From assembly GCA_028712155.1 (NCBI GenBank), contig JAQTQO010000002.1:11851-75850 (forward strand): a DNA stretch of 64,000 bases, written 5' to 3'. Both the position numbers and the translations under genes were made by a program. This DNA is from Patescibacteria group bacterium (GTDB taxonomy: Bacteria > Patescibacteriota > Patescibacteriia > Buchananbacterales > GWA2-38-13). Below, piece by piece: positions 47,000 to 55,035 of the stretch (its first letter is position 1; the number at the start of each line of letters is the position of its first letter). The notes under the pieces were generated by a model that searched no databases, was not told the origin of the DNA, and was given only the letters and a program-made list of their open reading frames with translations.

Positions 47000-48730
47000 T
47001 TACAGTTTCGTCACCCGATAGATCTCCTCCAACGTGGTTTTACCTTGCAGCACCTTCACCAGCCCGTCCTGCCGGAGGGTAATATACTCCTGCTTGCCAA
47101 GCTGGGTCTCAACGTCCTTGCCGCGGAATCCGGTCGTAATGAGCTCCTGCAGCTCCGGAGTGAACTCCACGACTTCCGCCACCGCGATCCGTCCGAGGTA
47201 ACCGGTGTTCCCGCACCGCGAGCATCCCTTACCCTTCCAGAACTGAAATTTCTCCCGCGACAGATCGGTCGGCCAGTGTTTGTTGGGGACCGCCGCAATT
47301 TCGGCCGCCAGGCCCTTTTCCATTACGGCCGGCATCTTCAAGGGTTCGCGGCAATGCTCGCAGATCCGCCGCGCCAGCCGCTGCGCCACGACCGCGTTGA
47401 CCGTCGAGGACAGCAGGAACGGTTCCACTCCCATATCCAGCAACCGCGGCACCGCGCCGATCGCATCATTGGTGTGCAGCGTCGAGAGTACCAGGTGGCC
47501 GGTGAGGCTGGCGTGCGTCACCAGCTCCGCCGATTCCTGGTCGCGGATCTCCCCCAACATGATAATGTTGGGATCCTGCCGCAGGATCGAGCGCAATCCC
47601 GAGGCGAACGAGTACCCCACGTCCGGATTGATCTGGGATTGGTTGATGCCTTCGACCGAGTACTCGACCGGATCCTCCAGGGTGATGATATTGACTCCCT
47701 CCTTGTTGAGCAGCGTCAGCACGGTGTAAAGCGTCGTGGTCTTGCCGGATCCCGTCGGGCCGGTCAGGAGCAGCAACCCGTGGGGCTTGGCAATACTGGC
47801 TACGATCGCCGCGATATGCGGCTCGGAAAATCCCAGGTCTTGCAGCGTCGGCACCTTGAAGCTGGCATCCAAAACGCGCATCACCACCTTTTCGCCTTCA
47901 AACAGCGGCAGGGTGGAGACGCGGAAATCCACGTCCCGCCCCTCGATCGTCAGGCGGATGCGGCCATCCTGAGGCTTGCGGGTTTCATCCAGCCGGAGAT
48001 TGGCGAGCACCTTGATCCGCGCGACGATCGCCGAATGGATGTAGCGCGGCAGATGCAGGCTGGTGCGCAGCATCCCGTCAATGCGGTAGCGGACCCGCGT
48101 TTCATGCGGCTCCGGCTCGATGTGGATATCGGAGGCGCGGCCGTCAATGGCGTGGCGAATGATCACCAGTACCATTTTGGAGACCGGCGCGGACCGGACG
48201 ACCTCCTGGAGGTCTTTGGGCATCACCCGCAGCTCTTCATCAACCTCTTTCTCCGTGACGCCGGCGAGCGCCTCCTCGGCTTCCTTATTGAGCTCGCCGT
48301 ACTGCCGGCTGACCTGCCGCAAGCCGCTCGCGGAGACAATATAGTAGCGGACCGTCAGGCTTCCCTCTTGCGCCAGGAAATCCACCGCTTCGATCGCCTT
48401 GAAATTCTGCGGGTCAACGAGAGCGACCTTGATTTCATTGCCGCGCCGCTCAAACGCAACCATCTGGTAATTCTCAGCGACCGTCGGGGGCAGCGTATTG
48501 AGTACGGCCGGCGGAATCGTCCGTCCGGCGAGATCAATGTAGGGCACGCCCAGCATTTCCCCCTTCACCTTGGTCAACGTCTCTTCGTCCACCCACCCTT
48601 CTTTCAGCATGGCGGATTCCACGCCGACAGGGTCCTCAGCGCCTTTGGCCCCCAGCTTGGTTGCCTGCTCGGCGGTGATCAATTTTCGCTCCACCAAGGC
48701 AGCGATGAGTTTTCCCGTTTCAACCGGCAT
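47000..48730 (-). CDS. pilB: Type IV pilus assembly ATPase PilB (GspE family)
   Basis: Intact Walker A GPTGSGKTTTLYT, Asp box TLEDPVEY, Walker B IIMLGEIRDQESA and His box GHLVLSTLHTNDA. Tetracysteine motif CEHC...CSRCGNTG. Confidence 0.9.
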   Translation of the reverse strand: MPVETGKLIAALVERKLITAEQATKLGAKGAEDPVGVESAMLKEGWVDEETLTKVKGEMLGVPYIDLAGRTIPPAVLNTLPPTVAENYQMVAFERRGNEIKVALVDPQNFKAIEAVDFLAQEGSLTVRYYIVSASGLRQVSRQYGELNKEAEEALAGVTEKEVDEELRVMPKDLQEVVRSAPVSKMVLVIIRHAIDGRASDIHIEPEPHETRVRYRIDGMLRTSLHLPRYIHSAIVARIKVLANLRLDETRKPQDGRIRLTIEGRDVDFRVSTLPLFEGEKVVMRVLDASFKVPTLQDLGFSEPHIAAIVASIAKPHGLLLLTGPTGSGKTTTLYTVLTLLNKEGVNIITLEDPVEYSVEGINQSQINPDVGYSFASGLRSILRQDPNIIMLGEIRDQESAELVTHASLTGHLVLSTLHTNDAIGAVPRLLDMGVEPFLLSSTVNAVVAQRLARRICEHCREPLKMPAVMEKGLAAEIAAVPNKHWPTDLSREKFQFWKGKGCSRCGNTGYLGRIAVAEVVEFTPELQELITTGFRGKDVETQLGKQEYITLRQDGLVKVLQGKTTLEEIYRVTKL

Positions 48731-48839
48731 AGTAAAAAAATTTCGAATTTTGAGTTTCGAATGAACCTGAAATGACCGGATGTTGCAGATCTTGCATCAT
48801 GGAATTTGTATGTTGCCGCGGCGAAATTATGAATGGTCG

Positions 48840-49178
48840 TTATTCGGCGGGTGTCGTGGTTGCGCCGGCAAACGCAGGCGGAGCAAAGGGATTCTCTTTT
48901 CCGGTCGCACCGGCCAGCACGGGCAGCGTGACGAACGTCCGCAGTCCCGTGTACTGCGGGCTCGTGAACAGCGGGTGATCCCCCCGAAACTGCGGCACCG
49001 AGGGGTAGCGCAGCTGATTTTGGCGGCTGAATTCCTCACTCCATTGCTTTGGGACTTGCTGCCGGTCGACTTGCAGAAAATTACCCAGCACCACCCACCC
49101 CATCCACCCGAGCGCGCCAAAGAGCACCAGAGCGAGCACAATGAGCTTCATTGGATTAATGGGTTTCGGCGCAAGCAT
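48840..49178 (-). CDS. Small membrane protein in pilus operon (PilP-like?)
   Basis: 112 aa with a single N-terminal TM (LIVLALVLFGALGWMGWVVL) and a Pro-rich tail. No family recognised. Confidence 0.35.
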   Translation of the reverse strand: MLAPKPINPMKLIVLALVLFGALGWMGWVVLGNFLQVDRQQVPKQWSEEFSRQNQLRYPSVPQFRGDHPLFTSPQYTGLRTFVTLPVLAGATGKENPFAPPAFAGATTTPAE

Positions 49179-49299
49179 AGGTGAGGAAATCGGTTACCGC
49201 GGCATACCCCGTTGGAGATACTGAGAAAATCCTCCAAATCGCGTATGCATAAACATTATTTTTGACTTCGGGCGTACGGGAATAAAGAAAACGGAATCT

Positions 49300-49920
49300 C
49301 TACCGGGGCATATAGTACGCCCGCAGCGTAATCTGGTACGGTCCCCCGTTGGCCGAGGCAAAATTCACGCTCTCCACATCCAGCAGCCGCATATTCGCCT
49401 CCAGGCTATCCAAAAACCCGTTGAGTTGGAAATAATCGCCGCCGCTCACAGAAGCGACGATCCCGACGCTCGCAATGGCGGAAATCTTTGGCACTGCCCC
49501 GACGACCTGCTCGGACGCAACGGTGGCGGGATTGTCCGTCTTATTTTCGGCGAACTGGACGTTGTGCAGGAGAAAACCGCTTTGCTTGGCAATCGCTTCC
49601 ATCTGCACGAACAGCCCGGGCAGATCGGGCTCGACGGGCAGGATCGCCGTAAATTTATCCATGGCCGAACGGTTAAATTGGCTGTACTTATCATTGAGCA
49701 GCTGCAGGTCGCGCAGGTGCCCGTCGAGGTAGTCGGCATCAGCCTTAATGGACTCAAGATTGTAATGCTCCTGGGTCAAAATCTGCTGGAATCCGGTCTG
49801 CAGGAACCAGAAGTATCCGACCGCGAGCACCGTAATAATGCTCCCGATGACCAGCTCCGGATAAAAGCGCGTGAACAAGCGCAGGAAGAAGAGGCGAATT
49901 TTTGAGCCGCTAATGATCAT
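49300..49920 (-). CDS. pilO: PilO-like pilus assembly protein
   Basis: 206 aa. N-terminal TM, then a coiled-coil and a periplasmic domain. Sits between pilN and pilB. Start overlaps the pilN stop. Confidence 0.5.
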   Translation of the reverse strand: MIISGSKIRLFFLRLFTRFYPELVIGSIITVLAVGYFWFLQTGFQQILTQEHYNLESIKADADYLDGHLRDLQLLNDKYSQFNRSAMDKFTAILPVEPDLPGLFVQMEAIAKQSGFLLHNVQFAENKTDNPATVASEQVVGAVPKISAIASVGIVASVSGGDYFQLNGFLDSLEANMRLLDVESVNFASANGGPYQITLRAYYMPR

Positions 49921-51767
49921 GGCTGTGCGGTCAAGGGCTTAAAGAATACTTCCGGGCGGAGCGTCAACGATACGGAGAAATTCACCCCGAGAACCTGATC
50001 CGACTCGACATCCACCACGGCCGTTGCGCCGGTAATGGATACCCCCGCGAACAGATCGGACGCCTGCCGGAATGCCACCAATTGCCGTGCGACGCTCGAA
50101 TAATCCTTGCCGTGGGCAGCCAGCTGGAGCTTACCGTCACTCGCGGAAGCGAACGAGGCGAAGTACACGTCGTCAATGGTGGTGCGCTCCAGCGCGTTGA
50201 ACACCTGCGTCCAGTAGTAGTGGTGGGACAGCAGATTTCCCATCGAATCGAGTTCCTGCTGCAGCGTCTGGCTGCGGGCGACGATTTCCTGGTACTGGTC
50301 GATCTGCTCCTGATACAGTTTGATCCGGTTGGCATAGACGGCAATCTCGTTGCCGATGCGGTACTGGTACCAACCGATAATCTGGCTGATCACCACGATC
50401 ACAAACGTGCTCAACCCGACGGCCACCAGATACAGGAGAAACTTCCGCGACAAATACAGTTCCGGATGCCGCGCGAATTCTTCCGGAATCAAGTTGATCG
50501 CGATGGTCTTGGGTGGACGATGCACGGCGTGGCCGGCGACCGGTTTCGGCGGTACCGGCGGGGGCGTTTCCGTTTTTCCGGTTGGCGGCCGCAGTGGTGG
50601 CGGTGGAGGCGGCGGAGGAGCTGACTTGAGCGGCGGGGGCGGCAGCGGCGCGGGTTTAGGCAAAGCCGGCTTCACTTCGGCAACCATTGGCTGCGGTTTT
50701 GGTGGCGGGGGCGGCAAGGGTAAAGTTGAATATTTGACCGCTGCCACCACCGGCTGCGGTTTTACCGGTGGAACTGGCAGGGAAGGTTGCGGGACTATCG
50801 GGGGTTTTGCCGGTTTCGGCTTGCGCCGAAACAATCCGAGCAGCCACTGCCAAAGAGATCGGCGGGGACGCCGCGGCATGGCCGGTTTTGGCGCGGGTTT
50901 CAGCGGAGTTTTCACCGCAACCACCACGGGCGGCAGCGGTTTTACCGGCGGGGACGGCAGGGGCACGGACGGTTTTGGCAGGGGCGGTTTTACCACCGGT
51001 TTCGGTTTGGACGCAAACCAGCTGGAAAGCCACTGCCAGAAACTCCGGCGGTGCGGCTTGGGTACCGGCAGCACCGGTTTTTGCGCCGTCTTGATTTCCA
51101 CCGTGACGGTCCGCGTGGGAAGCGGGCGCGGTGCCGGAGGGAGAACCGGTGCGGGCTTTTGCGGCATGACTTTCGGCGCAGGTTTCGGCGGACGGGAAAA
51201 CCAGCTCGCGAGCCACTGCCCGAAACTCCGCCGGTGGGGTTTAGGGTGAACGGCTGCCGCGCGCAGGGCCAACTGATCGCGCTCGACAGCATGCACCTCC
51301 CGCTTGACGATCTCCGCCAGCTTCGCGGCTTCGGCTGCTTCCAAATGGCGGCTGGGTGGCGCGGTGACCGGCGGCGGGGCGGGTACTTTCTCCGGTAATT
51401 TATGCGGCGGGGCCGGCGGTTGGCGCTTCGGTATCGGCACCGAAAGGCCGCCGAAAATTCCGTGCGGACGTACGATGCGAATACGTTCCGACGGCGGGGG
51501 CGGCGGGGCAACCGGCGCCGGCGGCAATGCCTCGGGTAACGGCGTGAGCGGACGTTTCTGCGGCTCCGGCCGGCCGGCTCCCGAGCCGCCATGCTGAAGT
51601 TTCGCCTCTTCCGGACGGGGAGGGTTGGTGAGCGTGTATTCCACCACCTTCGGCGTCTTGCTCAAACGCCGGCGCTCCGCGGCTTCCCGTCCGCGCAGTT
51701 CGTCCGGTAAAAGATTAACGTCGGCCATGGAAATTTTGCTTGATGGTCGTGGCAAGTAGCTGGGCAT
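49917..51767 (-). CDS. pilN: PilN-like protein with ~420-aa Pro-rich repetitive N-terminal insertion
   Basis: The PilM-binding-type motif occurs twice: MADVNLLPDELR at the N-terminus and IAINLIPEEF just before the TM helix (LLYLVAVGLSTFVIVVI). The C-terminal periplasmic domain is PilN-like. Between the two motifs lies PxxP/KPxP-rich low-complexity sequence with three ~61-aa repeats. Confidence 0.6.
   Translation of the reverse strand: MPSYLPRPSSKISMADVNLLPDELRGREAAERRRLSKTPKVVEYTLTNPPRPEEAKLQHGGSGAGRPEPQKRPLTPLPEALPPAPVAPPPPPSERIRIVRPHGIFGGLSVPIPKRQPPAPPHKLPEKVPAPPPVTAPPSRHLEAAEAAKLAEIVKREVHAVERDQLALRAAAVHPKPHRRSFGQWLASWFSRPPKPAPKVMPQKPAPVLPPAPRPLPTRTVTVEIKTAQKPVLPVPKPHRRSFWQWLSSWFASKPKPVVKPPLPKPSVPLPSPPVKPLPPVVVAVKTPLKPAPKPAMPRRPRRSLWQWLLGLFRRKPKPAKPPIVPQPSLPVPPVKPQPVVAAVKYSTLPLPPPPPKPQPMVAEVKPALPKPAPLPPPPLKSAPPPPPPPPLRPPTGKTETPPPVPPKPVAGHAVHRPPKTIAINLIPEEFARHPELYLSRKFLLYLVAVGLSTFVIVVISQIIGWYQYRIGNEIAVYANRIKLYQEQIDQYQEIVARSQTLQQELDSMGNLLSHHYYWTQVFNALERTTIDDVYFASFASASDGKLQLAAHGKDYSSVARQLVAFRQASDLFAGVSITGATAVVDVESDQVLGVNFSVSLTLRPEVFFKPLTAQP
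50810..51245 (-). repeat. Three tandem ~185-nt coding repeats inside pilN (encode HRRSFxQWLxSWF-KPKP units)
   Basis: DNA-level near-repeats: aaccagctNgNNagccactgccNgaaactccgNcggtg at ~50835, ~51011 and ~51195. Protein repeats: KPHRRSFGQWLASWFSRPPKP, KPHRRSFWQWLSSWFASKPKP and RPRRSLWQWLLGLFRRKPKP. Confidence 0.6.
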
Positions 51768-51807
51768 TCCCGCTCCACGGTACCTACTGCCGAAGCACGA
51801 CCTTCCT

Positions 51808-52998
51808 TTATGCGATTTCTTTCATACCTAACCCGATCGCCACGGAAAACCGCGGCCCGATTTCGTCCAGTGCGGGTTTCAACTCTTCGGGGTACACCAC
51901 CCGTGCCCACGGATCGCCCAAAAAGACGCGGGTTTGCAGCAGATTGGTGAGATATGCCGGAAGGTTGGAAAGCAGCGAAGAACCGCCGGTCAGCACCACC
52001 CGTTCGATCGGCGGACGGCCCTGGCTCTTGTAGAGGTTGAGGCTATAGCGAATCTCATCCACAATCGGAGCGATGGCTTGCGCCACGGTGGCCGGAATGC
52101 CGCCCCCCACTTCGGCCGAACCGGACGCCTGCAGCCCGATGTCATACTTGAGCTGTTCGGCCCGGTCAAGGTTGACGTTCAAGGCGCTCGCGATCGCTTT
52201 CGTGATCGTCAGCCCGCCGACGGAAATGCTCCGGTTGAGGTAGGGAATGCCGGCCTGCACGATCATAATGTTGGTGACCGTAAAATCGAGATCCACCAGC
52301 ATGACCGTGGCCGGGTCCACCCCGACCAGACTGCGGATGAGGGCGAACGCTTCCGTGTCCAGGGCCAAGAGCGTTATACCGGCTTCGCGGAACAGAGACA
52401 GGTAGCGCCGCACCAGCGCCTTCGGCGCGGCCGTCAGCAAAATCCGGGTGTTGTGCCCGGTCTTGTGCCGGACGATCTTCAACAGCCGCATCCCGTCGAA
52501 GGAAAGGCGGTCACGCTTTTCGCCCTCGGTTTTGGCCGGCTGATCCGCCGCTTCCGACGGATCCGGCGGCAGGACGTCCCAGTGCAGGTTCATTTCATCC
52601 ATCGGCAGCGGGATGACTTTTTTGGCCTCCCACCGCACGGCCGCGGCGAGTTCCTTGGCGGAGAGTACGGGCAGCGTGATGACCGACGAGAAGACGGAAA
52701 AAGCCGGCAACGCGGAGATCGCCACGCGGCTGGAAATTTTTGCCTTGCGGCAGGTCTCCCGCAACAGCGCCGCCGTCAATTTCAAATCCTCCGGGTTTTC
52801 ATCTTTGGCCTGGAAATCAAGCGGATGGTCGAAGTACCCGTACGTGGACAAACGCGGTCTGCCCTTGTCATTTTTCAGCTCAACCACCTTGATGCTGTGG
52901 TTATCTACGTCAATGCCAAGGTAGTTTGCGGCGGCGGAAAACATGGCCATGGTAAAAATTGGTTCAATTTTGATGGCGGACAAATAATTTTCCCTCAA
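51808..52998 (-). CDS. pilM: Type IV pilus assembly protein PilM (actin-like ATPase fold)
   Basis: ...MAMFSAAANYLGIDVDNHSIKVVELK... is a PilM N-terminus, followed by actin/FtsA-like domains. The true start is probably the internal Met at ~52950. Confidence 0.8.
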   Translation of the reverse strand: MRENYLSAIKIEPIFTMAMFSAAANYLGIDVDNHSIKVVELKNDKGRPRLSTYGYFDHPLDFQAKDENPEDLKLTAALLRETCRKAKISSRVAISALPAFSVFSSVITLPVLSAKELAAAVRWEAKKVIPLPMDEMNLHWDVLPPDPSEAADQPAKTEGEKRDRLSFDGMRLLKIVRHKTGHNTRILLTAAPKALVRRYLSLFREAGITLLALDTEAFALIRSLVGVDPATVMLVDLDFTVTNIMIVQAGIPYLNRSISVGGLTITKAIASALNVNLDRAEQLKYDIGLQASGSAEVGGGIPATVAQAIAPIVDEIRYSLNLYKSQGRPPIERVVLTGGSSLLSNLPAYLTNLLQTRVFLGDPWARVVYPEELKPALDEIGPRFSVAIGLGMKEIA

Positions 52999-53147
52999 CC
53001 ATCGAGCTTTTTAACTACACAAAACCCTTAGTACTTGGCGCTAAATACCGAGAACTGGGTGCTGAAATTATACCACAAAACATCCAGCCGCCGGTGTGGA
53101 TAGTTTTCCCATGCGCGGCGGCCTTCTCAACGTCTGCCCGTGGGGGG

Positions 53148-53185
53148 ATAAAAAAAGACCCGGGCCCATGGGGAATGGGACCGGG
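53148..53185 (-). terminator. Rho-independent terminator downstream of the secreted repeat protein gene
   Basis: 11-bp stem CCCGGGCCCAT/ATGGGACCGGG with one mismatch, loop GGGGA. Plus A-run 53148-53156 gives the T-run on the minus strand. Confidence 0.5.
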
Positions 53186-53214
53186 ACAAGAAACGTTCGG
53201 AAAAACTCGACGCG

Positions 53215-54732
53215 CTAGCTGGAATCGTCCAGCGAGTAGTACCGGCAATCCAGTGCATCGTCGCTGGGATCGAAACCGGCTTCGGGGTACGGCAGCGGCG
53301 GCGAATCACCGTCGCGGAAAAGGAACGTCAGGAGATAAATGGCGTCGGAAACGCCGGCCCGGCCGGAATCGTCGGCGTCCGCGGCATCCCAACATGAGAC
53401 GACCGAACCATCCATGAACACGCCCCACAGCACGCCGATCACATCCCCCAGGTCAATGAAACAGTCGCCGTTCACATCACCGCGAAGGAACGGGATCAGT
53501 GGAGGCCTGGTCTTGAACGCCGTCAGGAGCGCTGGATCCGGCCACCCGCCGGATGATCCGGTAACCACATAGCTGTGGTCGGCAGCGACGCACACCGCGT
53601 AGGGACCGGAAGTGATGTCCTCACCGTACCGCTGTTGCCACAGCACCGCGCCTTGCGCGTCGGTTTTTGCCAGCGAGAACGCGCTGGTAAGGCCGTTATT
53701 GGTCGTCGCATTGCTGGCCAGGACATACCCACCGTCAGCGTCCGGGGTGAACGCCACCGGAAACGCCGACCATTCGTCCCACGCCGCCGGGTCCATCTCG
53801 CGCTGCCAGCGCAAATCGCCGTCACGGCCGATCTCCATCATCATGGGGTAAGCATTCGGCTGATGCCACGTGTGACCAAATACGACATAGCGGTCGGGCA
53901 GAGGAAGCCAGCAGACTGGCGTATGATCCAACGGCGTGCCGTCACTATTCGTCAGGCTGCCGTACGAAGACCGGGAAACCACTTGGCCGCCGGTGTCGGT
54001 TTGCACCAACAGCACCTGCCGCGGATTCCCCGCTGCAGCCGCGCCGGCCGTCGCTCCACACAACAGATAGCCGTCCGGACCGCCGCCGTCCGCAAACGTC
54101 TCGGCCACGCCGATCGCACCCGACTCACAGTCATCGAGTACGATAATTTGGCACCACTCCAGCAGGCCAGCGGCATCGGTTTTCACCAGGAAAATATCGT
54201 GGAGCCGCGCCATCCCGACCCCGATGGCGCCGCCGTCGCTGGTTTCCCGGACTTCGAGAATACACAACGTGGGCGCACCCTCCCACTCGACGTCGAGCAC
54301 CGAAACACTCTGCCACGCCAACACGCCGACTGCGCCGACCTTCAGTACCGTATACTCCGGAGGATCCGAATCGTGCGAAACAGTACCGGCGAGAACAAAG
54401 CCGCCGTCGGCTGTCGCTTGCGCCGCAGTGACGAATTCGTGCGTCCCGCCGCCAAAGACTTCCTGAGACACCAGGGCGCCGTCCGGACCGACCCGCACGA
54501 AGAATGCGTCGGACACGGAACTCGAGTCCGGCAGCATTTCGCAGACGGATCCGACGATGGCGTAACCGCCATCGGCTGTCGGCTGAACTGCGCGGGGGCA
54601 CGTGCTGAAGTACGCACTGTCGTAGGTGGAAATCCACGAAAGCGCGGGCGGCTCCCCTTCGGCTCCCGGCACATGCGGAAGCGACAGCAGGAATCCGACA
54701 ACTGCGGCGACCATCAATCGTGACGTAGCCAT
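53215..54732 (-). CDS. Secreted repeat protein (beta-propeller-like ADGG repeats) with C-terminal dockerin-like module
   Basis: ATG at 54732 with SD AAGGAGGT. Signal peptide MATSRLMVAAVVGFLLSLPHVPGAEG. Recurring ...ADGGYAIVGS / ADGGFVLAGT / SDGGAIGVGM / ADGGYVLAS... units. The C-terminal DVNGDCFIDLGDVIGVL...DADDSGRAGVSDAIYLLTFLF resembles the duplicated Ca-binding loop plus helix of type I dockerins. Confidence 0.5.
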   Translation of the reverse strand: MATSRLMVAAVVGFLLSLPHVPGAEGEPPALSWISTYDSAYFSTCPRAVQPTADGGYAIVGSVCEMLPDSSSVSDAFFVRVGPDGALVSQEVFGGGTHEFVTAAQATADGGFVLAGTVSHDSDPPEYTVLKVGAVGVLAWQSVSVLDVEWEGAPTLCILEVRETSDGGAIGVGMARLHDIFLVKTDAAGLLEWCQIIVLDDCESGAIGVAETFADGGGPDGYLLCGATAGAAAAGNPRQVLLVQTDTGGQVVSRSSYGSLTNSDGTPLDHTPVCWLPLPDRYVVFGHTWHQPNAYPMMMEIGRDGDLRWQREMDPAAWDEWSAFPVAFTPDADGGYVLASNATTNNGLTSAFSLAKTDAQGAVLWQQRYGEDITSGPYAVCVAADHSYVVTGSSGGWPDPALLTAFKTRPPLIPFLRGDVNGDCFIDLGDVIGVLWGVFMDGSVVSCWDAADADDSGRAGVSDAIYLLTFLFRDGDSPPLPYPEAGFDPSDDALDCRYYSLDDSS

Positions 54733-54794
54733 GACCGACCTCCTTTCCAAGGGTTTCCATTCGGTCAACCAGGTTTGCACCGAAGCGTGCGAAC

Positions 54795-54820
54795 GTAAAA
54801 AATCACCGCACCATGCGGTG
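54795..54820 (-). terminator. Rho-independent terminator after the giant beta-helix protein gene
   Basis: Stem TCACCGCA/TGCGGTGA at 54802-54809 and 54813-54820, 3-nt loop. Plus A-run 54795-54801 gives the T-run on the minus strand. Confidence 0.45.
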
Positions 54821-55035
54821 AAATGTTTTCAAAGGACTTGAAAACTTTCATCTGCCGCGCCTCAGCATCACCGCACGATTTCCACGGGGCGCAACAGAAT
54901 GAAATGTACCAATCAATACCGTATCAAAAAAATCGCGCCGTGTCAATAGGAGACCGGCGCAGCGTTTCTTGCCGTTACTGGCGCGTCTATTTTTTTTCGT
55001 TGCGATGTACTGCACGCCCAAAATCGAGGACTCAC

